Shown: positions 39,032-54,178 of the stretch, one piece after another
How positions within the stretch are numbered: the first letter of the stretch is position 1
Layout: every line of letters begins with the position of its first letter
Assembly: GCA_012295275.1 (NCBI GenBank)
Contig: CM022678.1
Span: forward strand, 17,298,001-17,362,000
From: Chrysomallon squamiferum
Lineage: Eukaryota > Animalia > Mollusca
Length of the DNA: 64,000 nt
Reading direction: 5' to 3'
Translations under genes and position numbers: made by a program
Notes under the pieces: generated by a model
Databases searched by the model: none
Seen by the model: only the letters and a program-made list of their open reading frames with translations
What the model was told of the DNA's origin: nothing

Positions 39032-40029
39032 TAATAATAATAATAATAATAATGGACACATCGACATTATCACAAATAATAATAATAATTTGTAAAAACA
39101 CATTATTACAAAACAAAAATATACAGATTAAAATCATTTTCTTTGTTTGTCAACTCCCTATAAAGCTGACAAGCCTGTTATTTGTATGGTCATACTTTAT
39201 CATCAGCAAAGCTTCGATGAAATAATAACTAGGTTTAACAAATTTGAAATGATTTTATCTACAGTTATTTCAACAGGATATTTCACTGTTCCCTGTACAA
39301 GGAAAGGTTTTTAAAAATAATCGAGATGTTTTTAAAGAGCAGATAATCAAGAATACTCACAAAAGTTTGCACCATTTGAGTTCGTTGTTTTCTTAAACGT
39401 GCCACACACCCAACTACATCAAGTCTTCCAATAGTCAGTGCCTGGTCAAGAAGATGATCTATAGCTATGAAAGTACCTGTTCGTCCAACACCAGCACTGG
39501 AATGAATAAATTTCAATAATTTTACAACTCAACTTCATTTGAGCTTGTTAAATGGAAAAGAACAACAACAAGGGTTAAATGAAAAATGAGAAAGAACAAA
39601 AAGAAGATTAAAAAAGATTAGGTAGATTTCAAAATAAAAACTGATATATTATTTGCATTAGTTGCCTCGTCCAAAAGAGAAACTGAAAATATCAATTATT
39701 ATTTAGTATATTATAGAATATAAAATATAAATGTAATATCTATTTTTTAGCAATTTATTATAAAAATGTAACTACAGATATAAATTTACTCTTTAGTTTA
39801 TAAACAAATCTGTTATTATTCTAAAGAAAGTTCATAATTTACTTTAAAAAGATCAGCATATATTCTATCTATCACCAAATAAGCTCTCTAGCACTTTGTT
39901 CAATTTACACTAACTGCTGTACACAATTTGCATTACCACCAAAACATCAATTCATAGTGTAAGAAGAAATGGAATTATCGAAATTTATGTTACTACGTAT
40001 CCTATTAATTTTGTTTCATTTTATTGCAT

Positions 40030-40068
<39 letters not shown>

Positions 40069-40697
40069 TTTTGATCTGTTCATAAGAAAACAAAATTAAT
40101 TAAAACAGTATACTACTGTACCTGCAGTGAACTATTAATGGATGATCATCCCCCTATCTCTTATCCCCCTCACATACAGGATAAAATCAAGTAATGCACG
40201 TGTATTGTTTGGCACTTGTTTGTCCATCCAGTCCATGTAGTGTAGTTGTGTCACAGTTCTTGTCAATTCCGGGTTACTTGTCTTAATTTAGAAATACATA
40301 AAATAAATAAATGAATCATTTAAGTAATTAATTAATAAGTAAACAAATTTATAAATACTTAAAATACATGAATGTATGTATGTATGTATGTATGTATGTA
40401 TGTATTTACCAGAAATAAACTTTACAACCTAAAAATCTTTTTGATTGGTTAGGAAATAAACATGAACAAACCTTGTAAAGATTAAAAACCCTGGAAGTGT
40501 ATGTTGGGTGAAATTCAACTTGTTCCAGTTTGATCATCAAATCTTCATATTTCTTACTCTGAGTTTCCGAGTCAGGCCAGTAAAGTGAACATTTTGACTG
40601 TAATAGATATTATTCAACACAATCTTTTCCGTCTTCTTTTTAAATAGACATATAAAGCCATAAATAATATTAATATTTAAAATCTATCTGTCTCTGT

Positions 40698-40759
<62 letters not shown>

Positions 40760-41070
40760 AAACCTGGTTGTTTTCAACTAAATCTGTGAGCATTATGATA
40801 TGAGTAGAGTTGACCTCCCAAACCATTCTCCAGAAATCAGCTGCTGTCTTTTCTGTAGGACCTTGTGCTGCAATGTACCACTTTGATTTGTGATAGCCCT
40901 GAATTGAAATTAAATATGTTTAATAAATTTATAAATATATATATAAAAATGTAAGTAAATAAATACAAATAACTGGAAGTAAGTATGTGTGTAGGTGTGT
41001 GGGGGGTCATGTGTGTGTGTGGATGTTCTCTGTGTACACATATCTCCTTGTATCTTGTGTTTGTATGTAT

Positions 41071-41111
<41 letters not shown>

Positions 41112-43124
41112 GTTTGTATATATGTGTATGCGTGTGCGTGTGTGCGTGTGTCTGTTTGTGTCTACATATTATATTTTTGTTAATACATTAATGTAAATTA
41201 ATATATTTAATAAATAAATAAATAAAAACTTACGTCAATAAAACTTGCGTTGATATAATCTGAAGCTGGGATTCCAGGAATTAACTGAAGTGTCACTCTG
41301 TTATAATCATCTTTTCAAATAATTTAAAACAAAATGAAAAAATTAATAAATAAATAAAAATATATTAAAAGTATAAATTCTTATGACATAATTTGAATAA
41401 TCTTTAATAAAACAGTTCCAAAATAAAAAGTAAAATGAATTAAAAAATCGACTGAAGCGAGGAAATTAAAAACTAAGACGCAGACGATGTGCTATTTCAT
41501 TGGATCTTAATGACTAACAACAGCTTAATTTTCCCGAAGTGGTAAAACGAACTTTGCTCGATAACGAAACTTTCATTTCTGATAATCTTTTCATTACTGA
41601 TCCGAAAGCTTTAAAATAATAATAATAATAATAATAAAATTAAATTAAGAAATGTGCACAACTATGTATATATATATAGTTTTTGTGATCGAAAGCGAAA
41701 TCAATACGCAGGAATCAACTGCTCTCAATAAAAAAAGCAACTAATTTTATTCAATTTTTCTGAACATATACAAGTATAAAGACATAAGAGAGAGAGACAA
41801 AACGAAATTAAACAATAAATGAATATATAAATAAATTCCAGATGAAAGCTAATTTTAATTTAGTTTGTTATTATTATTGCTTCTGTTGGTGTTGTTATTG
41901 GTGGTGGTGGTGTTTGCGTTAGTTACGAAAGACTGGACAGAAGAAGCAATAAATTGTATTTCACATAATATTTCACACTTATACCTACATGGTTTTATAT
42001 TCCTGTATCTATTTTTAGGAACATTTTCTATTTTGTCTGCTACGTCTGTGGAATACCAACTTATCTTCTGTAAAAACTGAAAAAGGATCCGTAATCTATT
42101 TTTCTTTCTATTATAACGTATGTATGTCCTTTGTGCGTATGTAATTATGCATGTGTATGTATATTCAAATCTGTTGGTTAACTGATAAACTGTAGACAAT
42201 ATACATTTTTACAACGACAATAAGTGAATAAATATATTAATTAATGAATTAATAGCAAAATTCATTGGTTATAATGCTACCAAATAATTATAATATTGAA
42301 CATCAGTAATTAATCATTCCATAAATTAGACGAACGAAATACTAATAAAAAAAAATAATAAATAAATAAATAATAACCACGATAACGATAATGATTATCA
42401 TAACAATAACAAACATAAAAAGAAAGAAGAAGAAGAAGTAGAAGAAGAAAAATGTCTTTACCTGAAATTCAAATCGAAAACCTTTCATAAGACTCATATT
42501 GTGCACGTAAGTGTGAAAATGTTTAATATCAACACTTTCATCTTGTCCGGACTCTAGAAGTGGCACGATATCGCCCGAGATGTTTCCAGCCTTAGATCTA
42601 AGATGTCGGTAACGCGGTTTTTCATAGAGAGTCTCGTTTTCGAAGTCGCATTCTTCAGCCTCGGTTTGAGTCACCGTCGATGAGGTTCCTATGTTTTTCT
42701 TAAGACTTAATATGATACTCTCATCTACGTAAACATCATCTTCACTATCATCATCATCGTCATCATCATCATCGTCATCATAGGTGTTAGTTTGTAATTC
42801 AAACAAGTCCGCAGCTGAGGCAGGAGGTGGGTTGCCATGGCAACTGACTATGTCGGGAGGATCTGATGAATTGTCGGATTTGTTCTGCCTGATTACTGAA
42901 ATTAACAGTCATCAATAAATGAGAGAAAAAAGTCACTGAATCAATCAATCGATATTTCTTTCACGACACCTCGTCACAGTTTAACATTAAGAGTTAATAT
43001 TAAGTGTTTTGTAACTACTAACCTATACGTCACAACATTAGCACTAAAAATACTAAAATTCTTCGCAATATTTCAGATGTTTAATATCATCATCATAAAA
43101 AATTTACTATTTCTACTATTGTTG

Positions 43125-43195
<71 letters not shown>

Positions 43196-43584
43196 GCTGA
43201 TGAAGTTGCTGCTACTTATTGTTGGTTAATGGTGGCGGTGGTGGTGTTGCTTGCTGTCGCTGCTGTTATCTCTTGGTGTGTGTTTCTTTCTACTTCTTTG
43301 TGTGTGTATGTGTCATTAAGTCGTAGTTAATTAAATTAAAAAACCTGGTTGCATTTCCACGTGTTCCATCTGGTTATCACGTGATCGAATCAATCTTCTG
43401 TTACGTCGTCGTGCACGTTGTTGTTTCTTTTTAGATCTTTTCTTCATTTTTCTAGATGCAGAAATCAAAATATTAATTTATAATCACAGTTGTTATTAAT
43501 GTTATTGTATTATTGTCATTATTGCACTAATGAAATTTTTAATATTATATTCATCGTCGTTGTTATTATTATTATTATTATTAT

Positions 43585-43629
<45 letters not shown>

Positions 43630-43754
43630 CCACTCTGTAGAATATTCAGTATTCTTAGAGAGAACCATTACAGTTTACAATGATAACTAAATGTCATTGT
43701 TGCTATTGTTGTTATTATTACTGTCCTGAAAATATAGACATAATAATAATAATA

Positions 43755-43785
<31 letters not shown>

Positions 43786-43786
43786 A

Positions 43787-43839
<53 letters not shown>

Positions 43840-46770
43840 AATAAAATAAAAATAAAATAAAATAATACCTGAAGATAAACCACACAGCTAAAGAAATCGA
43901 CAACAGAATCGACAAAATTATCACTCCATACATAATTGTCAGCCAGTCGACGTCAAAGGAGAAATTTGCTGAGAGGGGAAAAAAGACCAAAATGTGTATA
44001 TATACATAATTTTAGCTAAAATATCTAGTATTACAATGACACGTATATATTGAACCGATGTGAAAATATATATCACAATAGCTAACCATTCAGAAAATAG
44101 CTATCACAATAGTTAACCAATCAGAAACATTCTATCAAACTAGTTAACCAATCCAAATGGATAACCTATTACAATCTTGGTATCACAACAGTTAAGCAAT
44201 ATGAATATGTAAACTAACCAATCACTAATAACAACAATGTGAGAAGAAACCTTTTTCTATTTTTTTAATCTTTGTTTATTTTCTTTATATGCGTATATGT
44301 ATGTATGTATGTGGTTTATGTATGTATATGTATATGTGTGTATGTATGTATGTATGTATGTATGTATGTTAGCATGTATGTATGTATGTATGTATGTATA
44401 TATGTATCTGTTTGTATATGAATATATGTAGATAAATATGTGTTCATCTATGTATATATGTATGTATGTGCATCTGTATGTATATATCCATGAATCTATG
44501 TATGAAATTTTGTATGTATGTATGTTTGTGTGCACGCATGCCTGTATGTATGTTTGTATGTGTGTCTAATGAGTTTATGTATACTCAATACTTACATTCG
44601 TCGTGACTATTATTTGAAGACAAAATACAGTTGTCATTAGCATCACATTCAGCGCAGTTGTCACTGCATCGATTTGAGCACGTCGGTCCATAGAACGACG
44701 TTACACATCCGTCTACACACGTTCTGTTGTTTTGATGGCATGCACTTCCCAGACAGTTAGCGGGGCATGATTTGTTGCAGTAGATACCATGGTAACCAGG
44801 AAACACAGCCATGAAGACATCGTCCTGAAAGCTGATCACATGATCCTGTACAATTTCCAGGACACAAGTCGCTGCAGTTTTCTCCCTTTCTTCCGCTGTC
44901 ACAAACCGCCCTGCATTCAACGTAATCGGAGATATTTTCACACCGAACACTTCGGCAACCCGAACCACAAGAATAGTTGCAAAATGTCCCATAAATATTA
45001 GTTCCGTTGCATCCGTTCTTACATTTCCCATTTATACGATCACATTTAGAATTCAGGCAACCATCAGGACAGTCTTTGCAATGCTTTCCGTAATAGTTTC
45101 CAGAAACGCAGCCGTCTGTACACGATCCGTTTTCCCTATCACATATCTTATTTAGACAGTTCTCGCTGCATTTTCCTTTGCAGTTCATTCCGAAAAACCC
45201 AACTTTGCAACCTTGAGAGCATTGTCCGTTTTTATTACAGGAATTGTTTAGACAGTTATCTGAACAACGAAGCTGACAAGTTTTACCCCAAAATCCTTCA
45301 GGGCATTCTGTACACTCTCCCGTCTTTTTGTTGCAGACTTTGTCTTTACATCTTTCTGAACACTTGTCTCCGCACTTTGGACCAAAAAACCCAGGAAGAC
45401 AGTCACCAATACAGAAACCTTTGTCGTCGGTGTTATTACAGTGAGAACGCTGCTGACAACGTGGTCCAGAGAATCCAGAAGAACAACGTTCACAATAACC
45501 TGTCCATCTGTAACATGTTCTATCCAAGCAACTGTCACTACATTGCTTATCACAGTCATAACCGTGCGTTTTGTTACTTGGACAAAATGTATTACATTTT
45601 TCTTTGTAACTTTGTGAATTTTTTGTGTCTTTGACAGAACAGGGTTTACACGTGTCGCCATCTCCATGGTAATAACCTTGAGAACACCCCTCATCTAAAA
45701 TAGAATTACTCGCATTAATTTACGGAGAATTACAGGAGGCTGTGTGTGCACTGCTACCACATTTGCAGTAATTAAAAGATAAATTGAGAGACTAGATACA
45801 AGGACTTGGGTGCTCGAGTAAATGAAATTAACTATATTGACTTACTGAAATTAACATAGAAATAGTGTGTCTCAGTATGCATGTGTACAAAAAGAAAAAT
45901 CGTTATATTTATTAACACAAATAAAAAATGGTCATATTTTTGTTACTGTTTTGTATTTGGTGTGAGCATGTTCGTATGTTTATGTGTACACTCACAAAAT
46001 TAAACTGCCAGCCGTTACGTCCTATATATCTATCCTTTCAAATATGTCTAGTATACTGTATACCAAGTATTAGGTGTATCCATCCATCGTACCTTAACCT
46101 AGTGATAACCTGTACACATATCCTACTTATACAAACTATTTTCCCTAATACATAGCTTTCCTTTGTATGTTATTATCTATCATGGGTATCTATCCTACTT
46201 AAAATATGTCTACTGGCATGGAATTCTGAATAACATATCTAGTATATTTGTTTTCTGCACATATCCCTAATAAATCCGTTCCTATCTGGTATCTACCCTA
46301 TCAGACATGTATATGATTCATCTATCCTAGTTAGCTTCATTTAACATACCAAATATTCGGTGTATATGTGCTTACATAATACCACAACTATCCTGTTTAT
46401 ATCTATATATTTACTAACATATCAGCTATCATGGGTATCTATCCTTACTTAAAATATGAACTGTCCTATTGATCTATCCTGCCTCTCATGACTCTGCTAT
46501 GCTGGAACACTGATAACTTTACCTGTGCAAACTCCACAAATCTTCATACACTCCATTTCGTTTTCCGGCCCGCACTTGTCAGGAGAACAGAACAATGAAT
46601 TGTCTTTACATGTGAAAGTCTTGACTGAAACTGAACAAGTTGAATGAAAACGTTATATCAAATATTGTTCACGATGTATATGTATACATACAAACATACA
46701 CACCCACACAAACATACACATTCACACACACATATTGTATATACTTACACTGAAATATGAATATAGATAC

Positions 46771-46801
<31 letters not shown>

Positions 46802-49322
46802 ACACACACACAAACCACGCATATACACTCTTCTGAGTAATTGTTTTACTTATTTTTATTTATTTATTTATTTATTTATTTGTTTATTAGTTTCTTAGTT
46901 TGTTGTTATTACTGTTTTTATTTTTATATTTGTTTTTTTTTTTTTTTTTTTTTTGCTATCGTTGGTTTTGTTGCAGGGTAACTATTTTTCAGGTATCAGC
47001 AATTTAAAACAGTTAAAAGTTGGATCGCCCATCAGACACACAATAATTTAAGAACTAAAGGATCAAACTTAAATAATATTTACTAAACGTTACTAAAACT
47101 TAAAATAATAATTCATCAGAATTTAATGATTAAAAAAGTAACAGTTCCTCAGAACGTGTTGCCGAATATATTTCAGCTTAGCTCCTCACAAATTGCGTGG
47201 GGCCTCAGTAAGATTAGACTCCAAACAAATAGAGGGTCGTACTAAAAATAGAATCCACAAAACTTGTTAAAATATTTCCAAAATTCGGAGATCTGTAAAT
47301 TTGCTATTAAATAATCGAAAAGCATATATATTAAAAAAAAAAAATTAAAAAAAAAAGGAGAGAAAGGGAAAAAAAGGGGGTGGTCAGGGCTTTACCTGGG
47401 TTAGGGCCTCACCAAGTCTAAATTTGCGATCTACCCAAAAAGGCAAAGTCACAAAATAAAGTCTACTGATGTTCATAGCGACAAGGTTAGCGACCTCTGC
47501 TTTAGAGCAAAAAGATACGTCCTATATGTAATGACTTCACGGCTACAGAAATAAAAACAGCTCCCAGATATTTTTTATACTGTACTCAGTGTTGTTAAAA
47601 TACTTATTTCTAGTGATACTTCCTTATTAATTTAGATTAACTAGGTGGGGGAGAATTATAAATTTGTTATATTTATTTTTACTGCTGTGTTAAATAATTG
47701 ATTAAAATTGTATTTGAGCTTTTATTTGAAGCTCAAGCAGGATTTAGTGAGGATTATTACACAAATAACAAAGTGTACACAAAATTTTATGCGGTGTAAA
47801 AAAAAATATATATATATATATATATTTTTTTTTTTTTACAATTTTATTTGATCTCCATAACAGACTTGTTCAGTTACCATACAAATTATTGTCATTAAGT
47901 TGATAGTTGACGAATCCCGAATCACTACGTTTAACACGACCGTGATTGCAATTAACAAAAATAATTTTTTCTTGAACCAGCTAAATTTTATGTCTGTATG
48001 CTTTAAATTATATTTAAACGTATAGACCTACATAATCTGGGAGAATGTTTGGAGGCGGGTGATTGTTTAGAGGCTTCTACAAGTGTTTGACAGCGTAGTT
48101 GCTTTAAGCTCTAATTTCTCTGTGTTTTACTATATTTAAAATATTGCTATTTCTAAAAATATGTTTATGAAAATAGTTTCTTCTCGGAATTTTACGAAAC
48201 TGTTTCATAAAAGTTTTTTACCGCTTTCGGTAAGCAAAAACACAAAAACATTTATCTTCGATACACAAATGACGCCAAGAGCCTGAAGATTTGTTTGGTT
48301 GAATCTGTTTGTACGACGAATGCTTGTAGAATAACCCGATCAACTTGGAAGGTTCAAACATAACAGGTGATCCATAACGAGCTGGCGGTTACCCAAGACA
48401 GTTCTGACTGAAATCAATCTCTCTGGTTCGCAATACGAGATAACATTCACGCAGTAAGCACAAAGACACGACTTAACATTTTACATTAGTGCAGTTTTTA
48501 TTCAGATCGCTGCTCAAACAGAAACTAAATAAAGCGTTGAAAAGTCAGTTTAAATATTTGAAACCAGTATGACGGGTTACTAATACAAGCACTTTGGAAT
48601 ATCTTATACATACAATATATATAATTTTAGTTGCTATTGTTATTATAATAGAAATATAAATAAAAATAATAAGAAAACACAATAACGATAAAACAAATTA
48701 TAAATTATATAAAAATAACAGGAAAAAATAAGTAAAAAAAACTATATATATTTAAATTATTTAATTTAGGAACACAGATCCTGATGACCGATAATTGTGT
48801 TTTCATAATCAGATATACGTATATAGAAATATATAGATAATGATATATATTATATTTTTTAAATACACTCGGCGTATTAATATATTTACATCTGATATAT
48901 ATATTATAAATTGTGTGGAATGTAGATTTATACTTAACTACCGAGTTTACGATTTAATTATCTCAATGCAACGTTTTCTTGTCCAAGTTTTCTCATTAGA
49001 GTGTCTGGTTATTTTTAACACAATACAAATCAGTTAAGATTTTATGTGGTCTAAGAATTAAACGTTTCTTACATAATTCTGAAAGACACACACGCACGCG
49101 AGTACACACATAAACACAAGCACACATACACAGAAGAAAGCAAACACACACAAACACAAGGGCATGCACATACGCTCACACAGTCACACACCTCACATAC
49201 AAACACAACACACGTGCGCAGACTGAATAACAGTTTTAAAGAATTCAAACACACTTACCTGTCTGCGATAAAACAAACAGTAGAATTATCACCGGGGACA
49301 TTTTTAATTCAACTTCCGTCAT
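38808..49322 (-). CDS. Receptor-type protein tyrosine phosphatase, copy C (ShKT-EGF-TM-PTP); three indels, so a pseudogene or mis-assembled
   Basis: Exons (-): 49322-49259, 46630-46523 ([28 protein letters not shown]), 45694-44596 (1099 nt, +1 at ~44802), 43968-43869, 43451-43345, 42895-42462, 42076-41989 (KNRY), 41310-41234, 40898-40764, 40597-40472, 40281-40122 (160 nt, -1 in the G run at 40150-40154), 39496-39361 (SAGVGRTG), 38888-38808 (+2 in a GA run, early stop). All splice sites are intact. Confidence 0.82.
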
Positions 49323-50026
49323 TACGAATCGGGTATCTCAATGTTCTTGTAAATTCGTGAGCGAGAAAGTTATTCAAGTTTCCAGTATCTGTTCTTCTGT
49401 ACGTAACACACTATCTCAACATGTTAAATACTTTAGACGAAGAAAAAAGAAGAAGAAACAAAACAAAAAACGTGTATTTTCGCACTAAAACTCTAGAAAG
49501 TCGTCTCGTTCATAGCCTACCTGCAGTTTCAGTTTCCTTGTAGGTCACGGGAATAGCTAAGTTCTAAAAATAGACGTGTTACCGTATTTTCCACTGACGC
49601 TAGTCTATATTTAGAATAGATGTCGTACCCACAGGAAATATTTCCTTTGTAAGTGCGTAGGAAAAAGACTGATTCATATATGCATACACAATTAAGCCTA
49701 CGTGTGGGTGTATTGGTGTGTGTATGTGTGTGTGTATATATATATATATATGTGGGGGTATGTGTGCATGTATGTGAGTGTATATGTGTATATGTGTGTA
49801 TGTATGTATATATGTATATATGTGTGTATGTATAAATATATATATATGCATATTTGTATGTATGTATGTATGTATGTATTCAGATACATAAATGCTTGCA
49901 TACATTGAAATATGCAATCAACACACACACACAGACACACATGAAGGAAATTGTATTTTAGAAGAAAACAATTTGAATTTATCTACATTTGCTTATTTTT
50001 ATTTATTTATTTATTACTGTTATTGG

Positions 50027-50060
<34 letters not shown>

Positions 50061-51471
50061 CCATGTGTGTTTGCGCGCGCACGTGAATGAAGACCGTAAA
50101 ATATTTAATCAACTGTAGACAGAATTTGTTCTAGCAATAACTGACAGTTATAACTATGTTAATATCCCCAGCAAAAGCAGCAACATTCATAAGAAAAAAA
50201 CAAAATATATCATATTTTCTTTCTTTTATTTTTTTTTTTTTTTTTTAAGGTTTTATGTTTATTTACAAAAGTGACACAGAAATGACTTTCATGTATGAAG
50301 ACACAAAAATTAAAATAACTAATAACAAAACAAACAGCAGTTACATTTAACCATCTGCCCACAGCAATTAACCTGAAGCATTCAATTTGGTTCTAAACTG
50401 TGAAATTCATTCCTTCACATATATATATATATATATCATAGTAATTCTTATTTAATAACACTATTCCCTAAGGTTTAAATATAATAATAATAATTTTTTC
50501 TAATTATTCTTGGCTTCTGTCTCTCGAAGAAGAAAAAAATGACGATTTGCGCTGTTTGAAAAACAAACTTACTGATATACCAACGTGTATAGAACAGTAA
50601 TGTGATTAGTTCCGTCATTCAGCTCACTATTAAAACAATAATGTTACATTTTCCTCATCAGTGGAAGTGGAAATAGGAACGTTATGACTTCACAGGTGAT
50701 GAGTCTTTTTTGGCAAGCGGAAATTATTCAACCGGCAATCTTCGGTAAAAGTCGACGAATTCCGGTTATATTCGTTAAATTAGAATGTAGTCTATATGTA
50801 AGCATAAAATTATATGATGATATTGAAAAGTACTCACTTATATTCTTCACTTAACTATATTAAAGATAACACAAAAATAAAAATAAAATAAAATGAAATA
50901 AAATAAAATAAAAATATAAAATATAAAATATAAAATAAAATAAATGTTAAGTTCAAAAACGTTACGAAGGATCGAACTCGGTTGCTTTTCTTTTGAAAAT
51001 GGTAATTTTTGTATTTTGGAAGACGCAGCTCAGAAGTAACAGTTCTCGTTTCACATTTACAGTTTTATTCACTGTAGTAGATTAAGAATTTCCATTCGTT
51101 TTATTTAGTCTCCGTTTTGCTAGTCTTAGGTAAATTCCAGTAGTCTCCCTTCCATCGCACAACACGAAAAACAACACACTTCAATGAACTGTGAAATCGT
51201 GGTTACGCAGACAACTCTCAACAACCAAAATGAAATTCGTAGAAAAGGTGCATAAAAGAGAAAACAGGTATAGTTAAAAGTGTTAGCAGTATTTTAATTT
51301 AGCCACCAAAATGTTCCGTCTTATATAAATGTTTCATCTTATATTGCCTAAAATATTATTAAAGCATGGACTTTTCTTTTTTCATAAATTTTTTTGTTTT
51401 TCCGGTTGTTTACGGAATTTACGGATTTTGCCGAACGTAATTTTAATATTCACACTGAACAGTCAGAGAGA

Positions 51472-54013
51472 CTATTTGTCGTTGCTATGCTGTTTCTTTG
51501 TCGGTGCGCACTTTCGTGTAATGCTGTTCATGTTGTTCGCCGTGGCGTTGGCGACGTCCTGCTCTGTAACTCGAGCAGCGCACATGTAATATTTTGGACA
51601 TGCGCAGAGAAACTCCACTTGTTTAACCTGGTCTTCCCGATTTGAAAAATCGAGGTCAATTTTAGCGCATGCGCTGTTGGGTAAATGACACTCATCCTGT
51701 AGGAGAAAATATAAATAAATAAATAAGGAAATAAATAAATAAATAAATAAATAACAATGATAGCAATACGATCATAAAGAATAAACAACTACTAACTTCG
51801 TTAGGTAAAAAAAAAAAAAGGAATAAAAAAAAAAAAAAACATTACTTATTTATATCACATTATTTAATTAAATTAAATAGACGAAAACATTGTTTAAATG
51901 ATAATCTTTTCTAACAAAATAACAAGCATATTTACGTTTGTAAGAATTAAAATTTAAAAATCGGGCACGTCGTTGTCGAAACTAAAACAAACAAAAACAA
52001 AGAACGGTAACTCTGCACTGTATCAAATAACAAACAAACCTGTTCGCAAAAGTAGTAATATCTCCAGACACCGTCTTTCTTTTCCCAGCCTTGCAGCATG
52101 TATCGATTCTGACTACAGCGACACCGCGGGGCAGCTAGATACGGCCTCCACGCCGACGTCTCCGTCTCCACGACGGCGGCCATTTCGTTGTGGTTGCAGA
52201 GGTTGTCAGGTATTTGAGCTGAGCAGAACATATACTGAACATCCCAGTGAGCTGTAACAGATTGTACATAAATAAACAAACAAACAAATAAATAAATAAA
52301 TAAATAAATAATCAATCAAACAAACAAACAAATAAACAGATAAATAAATAAACAAATAAACAAATAAACAAACAAAAATAAACAAATAAACAAACAAATA
52401 AATAAATAATAGTAATAGTAATCGTAATAATGGTACTAATAATAGTAGTAACAGTAATAAATAAATAAAAATAATTAACAAATAAAAATACTTTAATTAA
52501 CTAATAACAAACAAACTAATAAATAAATAAATAAATTATACTTTAAAATATTTAAACGTTTTTTATACTTAACACTTAAAAAAGCCTAATAATTAAAATA
52601 ATTATGCTAAATTATTTAATAAGAAGAAGAAGAAAATTAATAATAATAATACTCAAACACAATATTTTTAACTCTGTGGGTTACTCGATCTATCCCTCTT
52701 CCTCGTTCGAATTTTTTTGAACAACCCAGCCTTCCTTCTCTTCATACATCAAACATTTATCTTTAAAAAAGAAAAAGAAAAAAGACAGACGACAGGAATA
52801 TTTACATCTTTCATAGTGTTGCCATGTGAACGCTCTCCCATCATTAACCAGCCAGTTTTCACTGCATTTTTCGTTGCCCGGACATGCGCAGTAAGGGCCT
52901 TCGTTTGCCTCCAGTCCATCCGGGTACTTCATGATGCTCGTGCAAACGTGACGTGGCGTCTTGCACGGCAGAAGAGTTTTGTTCTGCGAAAGAAAAAGTA
53001 CAAAAACAGCGATAATTACAGTAATTATGACTAAAAAAGAAAAATTTAAATACTGGTACATCGGCGAATTACCGTCCAAAGACTCTCCCCGAATTATCGT
53101 CTTTTTTTTTTTTTTTTCCCCTAAACGATTTCACACAATAATAATTCGGTTTTAATTAAAAAAAAATTTTAAATTTAATTTTAAAAAATGTATAGCACAC
53201 ATGCCTCTAAAGAAGCATGCACTGCTAGAACATCAAATCAACCAACTCTTAAATTTAATTTAATATTTAAATTTAAACGAAATACAATAGTTTAAACTGT
53301 GCAAGTGTATTAGTCCAGGTAGAAACAAAAAAATCAAATTTAAACAAAAACAAAAAAAACAAAACAAAAACAAAAAAATAGACTGGTATTTTCTAGGACT
53401 CCCCTATTCCGAATGTATGATATTAAAATTAAGTATAAATGTGCAGTAGAGGGTAATAAAAACAAATGTTTCTGTCTATCTGTCTATCTCTCTATCTCTA
53501 TCTATATCTATATCAATAAATAAATAAATAAATATAACTAAAATAAATAACTAAATAAACAACTGACAAATTAAATAAATAAATAAATAAAGCAAATAAA
53601 AAAACAAACAAACACTGAGAATATATTTAACTTTAACAAAATTATATAAACTTTAAAAGTTATAAAATAAAATAAAATAAAATTAGATTAAATTAAAAAA
53701 AACACAATAATAAATAGTCGCAAATAATTAACTTGAGCGGAATTTTACTCAGTTTTGTTCCATTTAATTCCGTGCATTGTCTGATACATAATTTACATAT
53801 CTGTGTAAAATACATTATAACACAATGTACAACGAAACAAAAAATAAAATGTTCAGTAAGTATAACACACAGTTTTCAGTATATAAATAATGTAGAAAAT
53901 GATATAATATAAAATGTATTACAAGATGAATATATCGAGAGAGAGAGAGAGAGAGAGAGAAAAATTTTTTATAACATATCTAATGATAATATTACAAGAT
54001 AATAATAATAATA

Positions 54014-54082
<69 letters not shown>

Positions 54083-54178
54083 AAATAACATTATCTTACT
54101 AACTATACTAACCTCTGCCGTGTATCCGCCATTTAACAAAATGGCTATAAACGAGAAAAATACTAACACGATTTCCAT
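51472..54178 (-). CDS. Secreted cysteine-rich protein, Argos/giant-lens / scoloptoxin-11-like (226 aa)
   Basis: Exons (-): 54178-54113 (signal peptide MEIVLVFFSFIAILLNGGYTAE), 52983-52806 (LLPCKTPRHVCTS...PYCACPGNEKCSENWLVNDGRAFTW), 52251-52040 (VQYMFCSAQIPDNLCNHNE...PRCRCS...YYYFCEQ), 51696-51472 (DECHLPNSACAKI...FLCACPKYYMC...RKCAPTKKQHSNDK*). Phases join to 681 nt with no internal stop. Three C..C..CxC..C modules; family assignment is from motif recall only. Confidence 0.8.

Noticed and set aside
53730-53802. Possible extra micro-exon in intron 1 of the secreted Cys-rich gene
   Set aside because: No acceptor/donor pair gives a stop-free phase 0-0 exon.
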